NCBI GenBank assembly: GCA_964533375.1
Contig: CAZHLW010000001.1
Location: 144,063-208,062, forward strand
Source: an uncultured Candidatus Peribacteria bacterium
Lineage (GTDB): Bacteria; Patescibacteriota; Gracilibacteria; Peribacterales; Peribacteraceae
DNA: 64,000 bases
Direction: 5' to 3'
Shown: in pieces, positions 9,243 through 18,784 of the stretch
How the letters are laid out: each line of letters opens with the position of its first letter
Numbering within the stretch: position 1 is the stretch's first letter
Program-made: the position numbers and the translations under genes
Notes under the pieces: model-generated
The model's input: only the letters and a program-made list of their open reading frames with translations
The model's database searches: none
What the model was told of the DNA's origin: nothing

Positions 9243-9989
9243 TTACACCTGTATACGGGAGAATAGCCAGCTTCCGATCGCCAAAAAAACTGCAGAAACG
9301 ACTACAAGGACGGTCAAATCCAATCCATAGCTAAATTGCAGCGTTCCGCTCAGTGCCCCGCGCAGCCCATCCACACCGTAGCTCAAGGGGTTGAGGTGCG
9401 TGACGACAGCAATCGGACCGGGGAGATTTTTGAGCGGGAACATCGCGCCGCTCAGGAAGAAGAGGGGCATCACGAGGAAGTTCATGATGAGCGGGAAGGC
9501 CTGCATATCTTCCAACATGCTGGCAATACCGGTACCAAGGGCTGTGAAGAGAAGGGCAATCAGAGCCATAAAAACAAAGGCTGTCGGCAGTGCGCTCCAG
9601 CTTTCCGGGCGGAACCCTGCTATCAGTGTGATCGCAAAAATGATCAATCCCTGAATGATGGCGACCGTTGCGCCACCAAGTGTGCGTCCGAGCATGATGT
9701 GCCAGCGGGGAACCGGAGCGACGAGCGTTTCCTTCAGGAACCCAAACTGTCTGTCCCAGATAATTTCGATCCCACCGAAGACCGCCATAAACATCACGCT
9801 CATCGAGATCACTCCCGGTGCAATGAACTGCACATAACTTCCTTGTCCTGCCTGTTCAAAGACGGGACCCAGGCCGTAGCCGAGCGCCAGCAGGAAGAGG
9901 ATCGGTTGTCCGAGGGACCCGAGAATGCGGGACTTCGAGCGGACGTAACGCTTGAGTTGGCGGAGCCAGAGGATGTAGATGGTACCCAT
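9243..9989 (-). CDS. ABC-2 type exporter permease
   Basis: Six hydrophobic helices, and an N-terminus MGTIYILWLRQLKRYVRSKSR typical of ABC-2 permeases. Sits downstream of the ATPase gene. Start at 9989. Confidence 0.8.
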   Translation of the reverse strand: MGTIYILWLRQLKRYVRSKSRILGSLGQPILFLLALGYGLGPVFEQAGQGSYVQFIAPGVISMSVMFMAVFGGIEIIWDRQFGFLKETLVAPVPRWHIMLGRTLGGATVAIIQGLIIFAITLIAGFRPESWSALPTAFVFMALIALLFTALGTGIASMLEDMQAFPLIMNFLVMPLFFLSGAMFPLKNLPGPIAVVTHLNPLSYGVDGLRGALSGTLQFSYGLDLTVLVVVSAVFLAIGSWLFSRIQV

Positions 9990-9990
9990 G

Positions 9991-10026
9991 GGATGTAAGG
10001 TCGAGGATAAGGTTAAGGTTGAGGGG
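9991..10026. repeat. Copy of the ~30-nt hexamer-periodic purine-rich element
   Basis: GGATGT AAGGTC GAGGAT AAGGTT AAGGTT GAGGGG, in the spacer between the ABC ATPase and permease genes. Confidence 0.8.
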
Positions 10027-10050
10027 CTTGCCCTGAGCGGAGCTGAAGGG

Positions 10051-10848
10051 TTAATGACGGCCCCAGGCTTTGCGCATTTCGCGCATGTTCTCAGCGTTGC
10101 TCGAACTTTCCTCACGAATGGCGTTGCCGGTTAATTTTAGGAATGCTTCTTCAAGAGTCGCGGTCGATGTCAGCTTTAATAGTTCTTCCGATGTTCCCAT
10201 TGCGATGATTTTTCCGTGATCGATAATCGCGATGCGCGTGGCTACTTTGGCTGCTTCTTCCATGTAGTGTGTGGTCAAAAACACCGTAATTCCTTCTTCC
10301 CTGTTGAGTTTCCCAACATAGTCCCACAGGTGATTTCTGGTCTGGGGATCGAGTCCGATGGTTGGCTCATCCAGGAATAAGACTTTTGGGTGGTGCAGCA
10401 GACTGCGCGCAATTTCCAGACGGCGCTTCATGCCGCCGGAGAAGGTTTTCACCAGACTGTCTTTGCGGTCCCACATATCCACAAATGTCATCAACTCCTG
10501 AATGCGCTGTGCGCGGATGTTTCGGGGTGTGCTGTACAGCGCTGCGTGGAGTTCCATATTTTCTTTCGCTGTGAGCTCACCATCTAAACTCGGGTCCTGG
10601 AACACAATGCCAAAGGCCTTGCGGGCTTCACTCTGATGATGCACCGGATCGAATCCGTCAATCATCACCGCGCCTTCCGTGGGGCGGAGGAGTGTTGTGA
10701 GCATTTTAATAGTCGTGGTTTTCCCGGCGCCGTTGGGGCCCAGGAACGCAAAGATTTCGCCCTTTTCGATACTAAAGTCGACGCTGTCCACGGCGGTAAC
10801 ATCCTTGAACTTCTTTGTGACGTTTTTGGCTTCAATAATTGGAGGCAT
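10051..10848 (-). CDS. ABC transporter ATP-binding protein (DrrA/ABC-2 type)
   Basis: Walker A GPNGAGKTTT, signature FSGGMKRRLE, Walker B VLFLDEPT. Confidence 0.9.
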   Translation of the reverse strand: MPPIIEAKNVTKKFKDVTAVDSVDFSIEKGEIFAFLGPNGAGKTTTIKMLTTLLRPTEGAVMIDGFDPVHHQSEARKAFGIVFQDPSLDGELTAKENMELHAALYSTPRNIRAQRIQELMTFVDMWDRKDSLVKTFSGGMKRRLEIARSLLHHPKVLFLDEPTIGLDPQTRNHLWDYVGKLNREEGITVFLTTHYMEEAAKVATRIAIIDHGKIIAMGTSEELLKLTSTATLEEAFLKLTGNAIREESSSNAENMREMRKAWGRH

Positions 10849-10943
10849 AATGATTCAGTGTAGCACGGAACAAGACCCTGCCCACAAAAAAGTGGAGATT
10901 TTGGGGGCTCGAGAAGTCCTAGCTCTTCCCCTCATTCTCCGCC

Positions 10944-10949
10944 TATAAT
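10944..10949 (+). promoter_or_regulatory. Candidate -10 box (TATAAT) placed for a leaderless proS transcript
   Basis: A perfect TATAAT ends 6 nt before the proS ATG (10956). I see no Shine-Dalgarno sequence and only a weak -35. Confidence 0.3.
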
Positions 10950-10955
10950 CCGTCC

Positions 10956-12677
10956 ATGCGCCTCTCCCAGCTTTTCACGAAAACATCGAAAGATTCCCAA
11001 TCGGATGCATCCAGCAAGAATGCCGATCTGCTGACACGCGCCGGATTTATTGATAAGACGATGGCCGGAACGTACGCATTCCTGCCGCTCGGGCTGCGGG
11101 TGCTTGCGAAAATTGAGGCAATTTTGCGTGAAGAAATGAATAAGATCGGACAGGAAGTGTTCCTGCCGTCCCTTGCCCCGACTGAGTTGTGGGAAAAGAC
11201 AGGGCGTCTCGATACAGTCAGTGTGCTTTTTCAGGCGACACCTGCAAACGATGCGTCCAAGAAAACCAACGACTCCCGTTATGTGCTGAACTCCACACAT
11301 GAGGAAATCATCACGCCTATCCTCCAGCGCTTTTGCACCAGTTACAAAGATTTCCCCCGCGCCGTGTACCAGATCCAGACTAAGTTCCGGAATGAAGCGC
11401 GTCCGAAATCAGGACTCCTGCGCGGCCGCGAATTCCGCATGAAGGATCTGTACAGCTTCCATACATCGGAAGAGGACATGATGCGATATTTCGATACGCA
11501 GGCCACCCCTGCCTACAAAGCATTCTTCGACCGCGTGGGTCTTGGCGACAAAACAGTGATCGCCCTGGCATCCGGGGGGGATTTCAGCAAGCATCCTTCC
11601 AAAGAATTCCAGACTATCTGCGAAAACGGTGAAGATCATTTGTTCCGTGTTCCCGGTACCGAGGAGATCTACAACCGCGAAATCTGTCCGGCTCTTGCAT
11701 CTGCCTGGGGCGATCCAAATGAAGCCGAAAAACCACGCGAAGATGTGGTCGGCAAAGGGATGATCGGTGTGGAAGAGCTCTGCAAATTTTTGGGTATCGA
11801 AGTGGAACGCACTACCAAGACATTACTTTTTGAAACGGAAACCGGAGCGGTGATCGCTGCGGCTGTGCGCGGGGAATACGATGTGAACGAAGAGAAGCTC
11901 CGAAAGATTCTCGGCTGCACAAGCCTCAAGCTCGCATCTGCCGATACCGTCCGCAAGGTTACGAAGGCCGAAGTCGGGTATGCCGGTCCGCTCAATCTGC
12001 CGAAGGATGTTCGTGTGATTTGGGACGACTCCACCCGCGGCCGCAAGAATTTTGAATGTGGTGCGAACAAGACGAACGAACACAGCATCAACGTAAACTT
12101 CGGACGCGATCTCCCGGTGCCTGAAGAATTCCACGATATCAAAGTCGCGCGGGAAGGGGATCTGGTACCCGGAACAGAGACGCCCTACGAGGTTTTCCGT
12201 GCCTGCGAAGTCGGCAATATTTTCACGCTCTTCACCAAATTCTCCAGCGCCTTCGATTTCACATTCCAGGACAAAGACGGCAAACAGAAGCCGGTGTACA
12301 TGGGTTGCTATGGCATCGGTTCCAGTCGTGTGATGGGGGTGATTGCAGAAGTGAGTAACGATGAACACGGTCTCGTCTGGCCAGAGGCCATCGCTCCTGC
12401 CGACGTGCACATTATTCCCGTCGCCAAGTCCGAAGACGATGAAGCATTCAAAGTTGCCGCTGAGCTTGTTGCCCGCTTTGAAAAAGAAGGGAAGGAGGTT
12501 CTGTTTGATGACCGCACAGATGCATCCGTTGGATTCAAGCTGGCTGATGCTGATTTGATTGGTATACCCGTGCGTATTCTCGTCTCGCCAAAAACTCTCG
12601 CAGAAGGTTGTGCAGAAGTAACTATCCGCAGAGCCGGCGAAATGGCCCTGGTGAAGCTGTCTGATATCAAACTCTGA
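10956..12677 (+). CDS. proS: Prolyl-tRNA synthetase (bacterial type with editing insertion)
   Basis: MRLSQLFTKTSK..ADLLTRAGFIDKTMAGTYAFLPLG, class II motifs (FRNEARPKSGLLRGREFRMKD; GCYGIGSSRV), and a C-terminal anticodon-binding domain. Confidence 0.92.
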   Translation: MRLSQLFTKTSKDSQSDASSKNADLLTRAGFIDKTMAGTYAFLPLGLRVLAKIEAILREEMNKIGQEVFLPSLAPTELWEKTGRLDTVSVLFQATPANDASKKTNDSRYVLNSTHEEIITPILQRFCTSYKDFPRAVYQIQTKFRNEARPKSGLLRGREFRMKDLYSFHTSEEDMMRYFDTQATPAYKAFFDRVGLGDKTVIALASGGDFSKHPSKEFQTICENGEDHLFRVPGTEEIYNREICPALASAWGDPNEAEKPREDVVGKGMIGVEELCKFLGIEVERTTKTLLFETETGAVIAAAVRGEYDVNEEKLRKILGCTSLKLASADTVRKVTKAEVGYAGPLNLPKDVRVIWDDSTRGRKNFECGANKTNEHSINVNFGRDLPVPEEFHDIKVAREGDLVPGTETPYEVFRACEVGNIFTLFTKFSSAFDFTFQDKDGKQKPVYMGCYGIGSSRVMGVIAEVSNDEHGLVWPEAIAPADVHIIPVAKSEDDEAFKVAAELVARFEKEGKEVLFDDRTDASVGFKLADADLIGIPVRILVSPKTLAEGCAEVTIRRAGEMALVKLSDIKL

Positions 12678-13088
12678 TCAGCTGACCCAAATCCCGATCT
12701 GCGTGACAATCGCGCCGAAGAGAATTCCTGCCATTACCTGCCGGAACGAGTGTCCCACGCGCTCGGAGAACTTGGTCCAATTCTGCAGTCTGTTCAGCAT
12801 TTCCGCCTGAAGTCCCACTTCGCGGCGAACGCTCATGGCGTCGTACCAGACCACGCAGGCAAACACGAAACTGATGGCGAACGGCACGGAGTCGTAGCCG
12901 GTTTTGTGTCCCACAACCATCAGAAGAGATGTGACAAATGCGGAGTGGCTGCTTGGCATACCGCCGGAACGAAGAATGCCCGAACGCCAGTCACCCGTGC
13001 GGATGTATTCAATAGTCACCTTCAGCAGATCCGACAAAATCATGACGATCAGCGGCGTGAGGAAGATGTACTGTCTAAGGATATGCAT
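12678..13088 (-). CDS. Divergent PAP2 family (DUF212-like) membrane protein
   Basis: GGMPSSHSAFVTSL motif and 4 TM helices. Confidence 0.8.
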   Translation of the reverse strand: MHILRQYIFLTPLIVMILSDLLKVTIEYIRTGDWRSGILRSGGMPSSHSAFVTSLLMVVGHKTGYDSVPFAISFVFACVVWYDAMSVRREVGLQAEMLNRLQNWTKFSERVGHSFRQVMAGILFGAIVTQIGIWVS

Positions 13089-13090
13089 CT

Positions 13091-13123
13091 TAAGGTCGAG
13101 GAGAAGGTGAAGGGGTAAGGACC
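13091..13123. repeat. Copy of the ~30-nt hexamer-periodic purine-rich element
   Basis: TAAGGTC GAGGAG AAGGTG AAGGGG TAAGGACC, between two minus-strand genes. Confidence 0.8.
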
Positions 13124-13144
13124 ACGAATAATGGTATCACGTCC

Positions 13145-13789
13145 TCAATAATTATTGCGTGTGATTTCAATTACCTGTCCGCGGTCGGCAGTGTGTTTGC
13201 TGGTTTTCCCCTTCAGCATCAGTTCAAACATGGCAGCAGTCTCGTCTGTATTCATTGCGATGCTGACATCTTTTCCAAACGCGCCGACTTTCATGGTGAC
13301 CGTGTCACCAGCTCGCTTGAAGTCCAGGATATCGAGTTCGACATCGCCACCGAGCGCGCCGCCGTTTGCGGAAACCAGGTACTTTTGGGCGTCCAGGTAG
13401 ATGCAGTCTGTGCGGACCATCAGCGCATGCTTTTTGCCACCGAGGGTAAAGATCACTTCTGTCTGGCCGACAAGGTTTTTGTTCTCGGGGAAGGATGAGA
13501 GGAGATCGGACACGGGCGAAGATGCCTTCGTTTCCGGCTCTTCTTCGACTTCGATCTCAGGTTCAACCGCAGGCTCAGGCTCAGCCACCATAACAGGCTT
13601 CGGAAGCGGGCGGGAGCGGATGGCTTTTGGCTTGGGCTTCACGCTTTCAACAGGCTTCGTGTCTGGAACATCAGCCCCCTCGGTGCCATCGGTCACGTCG
13701 CTCTTCTTCACCTTCGGCTTCATCCAGCGTGTCAGCTGCACAGCGAGCGACTTGAGGGGGCGGCCGAAGGGGGAGGAAGGGGGAGTCAC
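13145..13789 (-). CDS. Hypothetical protein (orphan operon gene 6): Pro/Glu/Lys-rich N-terminus and beta-rich C-terminal domain
   Basis: ORF whose start overlaps the stop of the 1081-aa gene by 4 nt. No recognisable domain. Confidence 0.65.
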   Translation of the reverse strand: MTPPSSPFGRPLKSLAVQLTRWMKPKVKKSDVTDGTEGADVPDTKPVESVKPKPKAIRSRPLPKPVMVAEPEPAVEPEIEVEEEPETKASSPVSDLLSSFPENKNLVGQTEVIFTLGGKKHALMVRTDCIYLDAQKYLVSANGGALGGDVELDILDFKRAGDTVTMKVGAFGKDVSIAMNTDETAAMFELMLKGKTSKHTADRGQVIEITRNNY

Positions 13790-16700
13790 GCTGCTGTCCG
13801 AAGAAGTTCCATGATGCCGCCTTCAGTCAGGCGGCCAACTGTTGATCCTATATCCGTATAGAGTGTTTTTTCTGCTGCATGGTTTTGTTCTACATCTTTT
13901 GCCATGTCATTCGGTGATTTAGAGAGTACATCTTTCATGCTCAGAACGACCTGATCCATTTCCTTGTAGGTGATGCTCTTTATCTGCTTCACATGCTGAA
14001 TGGTGTTTGTCAGGATTGTCTTGAGCGACTGTGCGTAATTTCCTCTGGCGGCAGCCCGCTCATTCTCCACGCCAAACCAGGATCCTGAATACGTGGCATC
14101 CAACACACTCTTTTCACAAATAGCCAGATCATCATGAATCATCTGCAGGACAAAGAGCGGCATATTTTCTGCAAATTCATTCGGATTGGCACTTGCCTCT
14201 ACCAGCGAATTTCGTGTCGCTTTATATGCAGTCGATTCTTGCGTTGCGATGAGTTGATCTTGTTTTCCCCAATAGCGCTCATTGTTCCATGCTACAAATG
14301 ATAAGGATTTGCCTTCGTAGCGCTCTTTGCACTGTAACTGTGCATACGTCGTTGCTCTCTTTAAAATCTGGGCATCGATGGTATGGAATTGATTGTTTGT
14401 TTTGTAGGCAATGTACTGCTCCGCATCGTTCACAAAATCGTTGATCCGCTGCTTCTGCATGTTTTTCAGATGTTGCTCAACATGCACTTTACCCATTTTT
14501 TCGAGTGCGATCGCCGTATCATCATCGACATCAAGGATAGTTGGTTTTTGCACTGTTGTATCCGCAATTTGTGCAAAGTATGCACGATATCCCTGCACGC
14601 GGGTGAACGTTTCTGCGCTCTGGAAATCAGTCTGCCGGAAGCCGATATCAAGGATGGCCGTCAGCAGTTTGGTGTCTTCCAGGCCTTTCGATTCATCGAT
14701 GTATTTTAGAATATGTCCCGGAGTGCTTTGCACCAGATCTTTCTCCGATTGTGCATAACGCAGTTCCAGCCGTTTCAATTCCTCTACTTCATGTGATGCA
14801 ATGGCTGATCCTATTGCCACGCCCACACCGATGGGCCCTAAGTACGCAGCAACGGGGAGGGCGCCAATCATGAGCGGGCCGCCAGCCACTAACGAGTACA
14901 CACCAAGTCCGCCCATGGAGATTCCGATGGCCGACTGAATACCGCCATCAATTGTGTAGATGAAGTTGGAGTTTTCGTACACTCTCTTGAGTGCCGGGTT
15001 ATTGGTATTCCGGATTTTTTCGTTGTTATCAAGAATGGCGAAGTAGGCAAGCAGCGGTCCTACCGCATCTGCGACCACGCCCACTGCACACCACTTCATA
15101 TTCTTCAGACAATTTTGTGCTTTTTGTGCAGCAGTGATTAAATGTCCAAGCTCGTCGGTTGATCCAATGGCGCCACGGAGCAGCTTTTGGCCCGATTTGC
15201 TTTTGAGCACATCAAGCGCATCGTCGCCGACTGCTTCCAGCTGGATGTGCATGCGGATTTTTGCCTGTCTGCCTGCTTCACCCGCTTCTTCAAATGCCTT
15301 TGTCATTTCCGGAGTATTCAGTAGCTCATCTATTTTCTTTATCTTCGCACTTTCCGCGGCAGTATCTACTGCATTTGCAGGAACAGGTTTCGGTTGAGCG
15401 CCCGCACTATGAGACGACGTACTGGCGGTGTGCGGGGCGTTGGCGGTCTTTGTGAATCCTTTCCAGATTTCATCCATTTTCTCGGTAAAGCCCTCTATAC
15501 CCATATGACATACATCTTTCAATTCCCGAATAACTGCAGGAGTACTGTCATCAATCGGCAGCTTTTTCAGTGCCAGGCGGATGGAATCCGCCATGGTTTC
15601 TTGTGCACGTACAACACTTGTCACTTCTGCATCCGAGAACATGCGCAGTGTTTTCTTATCAAACATTTGCATAATTTCCATGTCGCGCTGCAGTACTTTC
15701 CACTGCTGTACAGCTGCAAGCATTCCGTCATTCGTTGCCAACCCTCCTTTGAATGCCAATTCACCACTATTGGCAATACCCCATACAACCTGTCCTGGTA
15801 CCGATTGTTTGATGTAGCGTAAGTGCAGAGCTTCGCGCCCCTGGGGAGTGACAGTCCTGCTTGCAATGGATAGGGCATCATTCAAGGGCGCCAATGGACC
15901 GCTGGCAATTTTAAGAGCGGTAAATATCAAATCTTTTTTCGTAAGAGGGATCAGGGTTCTTGCCTGTCCGCGCATCAGGAGGTTGAATGTTTTCTGCCCG
16001 ACAAAATATGCAGCGCCGCTTGCGCCGTAGAGCATAAACAAGTCTTCGTCGCGTTTGCCTGTTCGCATCCAGTTCAGAATTTTTCCGGTTACTGTTGCAG
16101 GCAGTGCAATGGCCTGTGTTCCGATGTGCAGGAGAAATGCGCCATTTTCATACGCCAGCGCACCGCCATTGGAGAGAGCATACTGCAGCGCCTCTCCCAC
16201 GCTTTCCTGACTTGCGACCTTTGTCAGAAATTCCACATTTTTGCCGCCGACACTCATCGCCTTGTCTCCCGTGTCGAGGAATTGATTGCCTGCACCAGCT
16301 GCAACATCTGTAACAGCGGAGGCTGCTTCTACAGGAAGGCGAGGCAGAAGATTGTCCGGTAATCCCAGGGGATTCTTCAGTTTCTTATTGAGCATGTCCA
16401 GGCCGACCAATGCTGCTGCACCAATACCGAGTCCAATAAGCAGTTTCTTCAAAAATCCACCTTCCGCCTGAGTTCCGGCTGCGAGACCGCTTGCTACCGC
16501 GTTTTTACTGCGGAACCACGCACTGATCAGACTGCCAATAATGACCGTTGCTCCCACAGTAATTCCGGCACCTACAAGCGCTTTCTTTCTGGTGGACCAT
16601 TCTTTTGTCCATGAAGTGGGGAGCAGAGTATCCGTTACACCTACTGAAAAATTGGTAATCATTCCGCCTATCGTCTGAGGTGTCTCTTCTTTTTTTTCTG

Positions 16701-17031
16701 TCGCAATCTGATTCATCAGCGCCTGCTTCTGCACATCGGTCTGCTTTTCCACATTCAGACGTGCACCAAGGAGGAGCATGTTTAACTGCGCTTTTGTCTG
16801 CGTGCGTTTTTCCAGGGAACTGAGAGATCCTTCCACTTTCGCAAGCACCTCCTTTCCTTTCTCTCCCTGCAGCTTCTTTGCAAGCTCATCAAGCTGCAAT
16901 TCTGTCGGATTTGCAGACACGACACTCATCACTTCCTGTTCCAGCGTCATCTTCTCCGGTGTCTCATGCAGCAAACGGTTCTCACCGGTTGTGAAGGAAG
17001 GGGAGCGGTGTTTGTGGGACAGTGTGTACAT
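13786..17031 (-). CDS. Hypothetical 1081-aa membrane protein with two Gly-zipper-like hydrophobic clusters (orphan operon gene 5)
   Basis: An uninterrupted 3.2-kb ORF. Its hydrophobic clusters are KKALVGAGITVGATVIIGSLISAWF / LLIGLGIGAAALVGLDML and WCAVGVVADAVGPLLAYFAIL ... GGIQSAIGISMGGLGVYSLVAGGPLMIGALPVAAYLGPIGVGVAIGSAIA. The remainder looks helical. Confidence 0.75.
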   Translation of the reverse strand: MYTLSHKHRSPSFTTGENRLLHETPEKMTLEQEVMSVVSANPTELQLDELAKKLQGEKGKEVLAKVEGSLSSLEKRTQTKAQLNMLLLGARLNVEKQTDVQKQALMNQIATEKKEETPQTIGGMITNFSVGVTDTLLPTSWTKEWSTRKKALVGAGITVGATVIIGSLISAWFRSKNAVASGLAAGTQAEGGFLKKLLIGLGIGAAALVGLDMLNKKLKNPLGLPDNLLPRLPVEAASAVTDVAAGAGNQFLDTGDKAMSVGGKNVEFLTKVASQESVGEALQYALSNGGALAYENGAFLLHIGTQAIALPATVTGKILNWMRTGKRDEDLFMLYGASGAAYFVGQKTFNLLMRGQARTLIPLTKKDLIFTALKIASGPLAPLNDALSIASRTVTPQGREALHLRYIKQSVPGQVVWGIANSGELAFKGGLATNDGMLAAVQQWKVLQRDMEIMQMFDKKTLRMFSDAEVTSVVRAQETMADSIRLALKKLPIDDSTPAVIRELKDVCHMGIEGFTEKMDEIWKGFTKTANAPHTASTSSHSAGAQPKPVPANAVDTAAESAKIKKIDELLNTPEMTKAFEEAGEAGRQAKIRMHIQLEAVGDDALDVLKSKSGQKLLRGAIGSTDELGHLITAAQKAQNCLKNMKWCAVGVVADAVGPLLAYFAILDNNEKIRNTNNPALKRVYENSNFIYTIDGGIQSAIGISMGGLGVYSLVAGGPLMIGALPVAAYLGPIGVGVAIGSAIASHEVEELKRLELRYAQSEKDLVQSTPGHILKYIDESKGLEDTKLLTAILDIGFRQTDFQSAETFTRVQGYRAYFAQIADTTVQKPTILDVDDDTAIALEKMGKVHVEQHLKNMQKQRINDFVNDAEQYIAYKTNNQFHTIDAQILKRATTYAQLQCKERYEGKSLSFVAWNNERYWGKQDQLIATQESTAYKATRNSLVEASANPNEFAENMPLFVLQMIHDDLAICEKSVLDATYSGSWFGVENERAAARGNYAQSLKTILTNTIQHVKQIKSITYKEMDQVVLSMKDVLSKSPNDMAKDVEQNHAAEKTLYTDIGSTVGRLTEGGIMELLRTAA

Positions 17032-17053
17032 GAACGATGGAGGAAAAACAGAC

Positions 17054-17524
17054 TCAGGCGCTTTGCTTGAGCGATGGTTCGAATACTTTTGTCAGTGCTG
17101 TAACTGTTGTGTTTACTGCTCTGATGCCGCCGACTGTTATGCCGCCGAGAGCACCAAACAGTGCCTCGCTTGCACCAAGTGCCGCCTGTGGGACTCGTTT
17201 TGCAACGGAATAGATCGTGCTGCCGGTTACATCAAGCACGCGATTCAATCCCTGATTAAATCTGCTCTGTTCGTAGGTAATCTGCTTATACACATCGATC
17301 TGCTTCTGACACTTTTCAATATCCATCTGTTCATTTTCCGTCAGCCCGATAAAGAATGCGCGGCGTGCCTCTTCGGCTGCCTGTATGGCAGCTGGATCTT
17401 TTATTTTCTTTGCGTTCTGTACGGCATCCTCATGATCCAAAAATGCCTGCACGTGCGGAGCGAGTCCCGCTTTCATCTCGGCTATTTCCTGTTCCGGTGA
17501 CTGTGGGGTGGTGTTGGTGTCCAT
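17054..17524 (-). CDS. Hypothetical protein (orphan operon gene 4)
   Basis: Start chosen at MDTNTTPQSPEQE (17524), 13 nt after the upstream stop. Helical, with a Gly/Ala-rich C-terminal segment (AALGASEALFGALGGITVGGIRAV). Confidence 0.6.
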   Translation of the reverse strand: MDTNTTPQSPEQEIAEMKAGLAPHVQAFLDHEDAVQNAKKIKDPAAIQAAEEARRAFFIGLTENEQMDIEKCQKQIDVYKQITYEQSRFNQGLNRVLDVTGSTIYSVAKRVPQAALGASEALFGALGGITVGGIRAVNTTVTALTKVFEPSLKQSA

Positions 17525-17537
17525 GGGAGAAAAAAAG

Positions 17538-18686
17538 TTAGACAGCAGGCTTGAATTCCACGCCGTATGCTTCAATGGTATAGGGTGTTTTTCTCTCTAT
17601 TTGCTTTAATAGATCCTCCAATTCCTGATTGGTTTTAAAGATGTGTGACACAGTGATAGCTGCTCCTGTGAGAGGGTTTTTTGTGTTCGTATCAACAGTC
17701 ATCTGCAACTGGCCATTCTCGATCTTGAGTTCAGTTACAGGCAGTACATCATTTTTCTTCTTATAAGAGAGCTGCCATGGACTTCCGCTAATATCTACCT
17801 TGCCGTTTACGATTTTGGCATTCACTGTTTTTCCGTCGCGGGTTGCACTGACCGCATTCACGCCTTCTGCTTTTAGAGTGACGGGCAGGGAAGGTCCTTC
17901 CGCGGCCTTGTCTTTTCCCGCTTCTGCTTTCACATCTTTAAAAACATGCTCCGTGACGTACTTGTCGAGCTCGGACAGCTCAAATGTTTTTCTGTTTTCT
18001 GTTTTCTGAAGATGGTCTGCAAACTTGAGTGCGGCCGTATCAAAAAAACCTTTTACGGTATATTTTGAGTGAATTCCCTGGATTTCTTTTGCCATCTCAA
18101 TCATATGATTGATGGGCAGAGTATCCAGCTCGGGCCTGTCCGGATGGAAAACCGGGTCGATTCCCTTTTTACGGAGAGATCCGAAGAGCATTGTTCGGTC
18201 CATCCCCAGGAAAGACTCTAAAACAGCAATATTTGCATCCCCGCCAAGGAACGGAATTTTCTGCAGCGCTTCCATGATCGGAGCCAAATGGTACGCCAGG
18301 AAATTGCCGTAGTGCTCGATCATTGTTCCGATATTCGACAGGAAATCTTTCGGTGCCTCAGCTGCTTCCGGTTGATTGGGTTTCAGGTCTGATTCATCAA
18401 TCTTCTTTTCAATATCAGGCAGTTTTTCAAAATCTTCTGCGATTCCCTGCTTTTCGGCTTCGCTCAATTCCTTTCCTTCTTTTGCTTTCTCTTCCATTTT
18501 CTTAATTTCTTCCAGGCGTGCTTTTGCATTTGCATCATTTCCTGCATTGATTTTCTTTTCGAGAGATCTCTTTAAATTTCGCAACTTTCCTCTTGCATCA
18601 AGTTGCTGCTGTTTCTCAGCAGATTGATTGCCCGAATTCGGGATATTCGGGGCACTATTCGGAGAATTTGCAGTGGTTCCGCCCAT
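17538..18686 (-). CDS. Hypothetical protein (orphan operon gene 3): Lys/Glu-rich coiled-coil-like N-terminus and beta-rich C-terminus
   Basis: 382-aa ORF with no recognisable domain. Confidence 0.65.
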   Translation of the reverse strand: MGGTTANSPNSAPNIPNSGNQSAEKQQQLDARGKLRNLKRSLEKKINAGNDANAKARLEEIKKMEEKAKEGKELSEAEKQGIAEDFEKLPDIEKKIDESDLKPNQPEAAEAPKDFLSNIGTMIEHYGNFLAYHLAPIMEALQKIPFLGGDANIAVLESFLGMDRTMLFGSLRKKGIDPVFHPDRPELDTLPINHMIEMAKEIQGIHSKYTVKGFFDTAALKFADHLQKTENRKTFELSELDKYVTEHVFKDVKAEAGKDKAAEGPSLPVTLKAEGVNAVSATRDGKTVNAKIVNGKVDISGSPWQLSYKKKNDVLPVTELKIENGQLQMTVDTNTKNPLTGAAITVSHIFKTNQELEDLLKQIERKTPYTIEAYGVEFKPAV

Positions 18687-18784
18687 AAAGAAGTTGGTAT
18701 AGGTTTCTAGAAATTATAGCAGAAATCACTCAAAATCGCAATTCTATTGGCATTTCGGGTGGTATGAACGCTTTTGAGTCGGTC

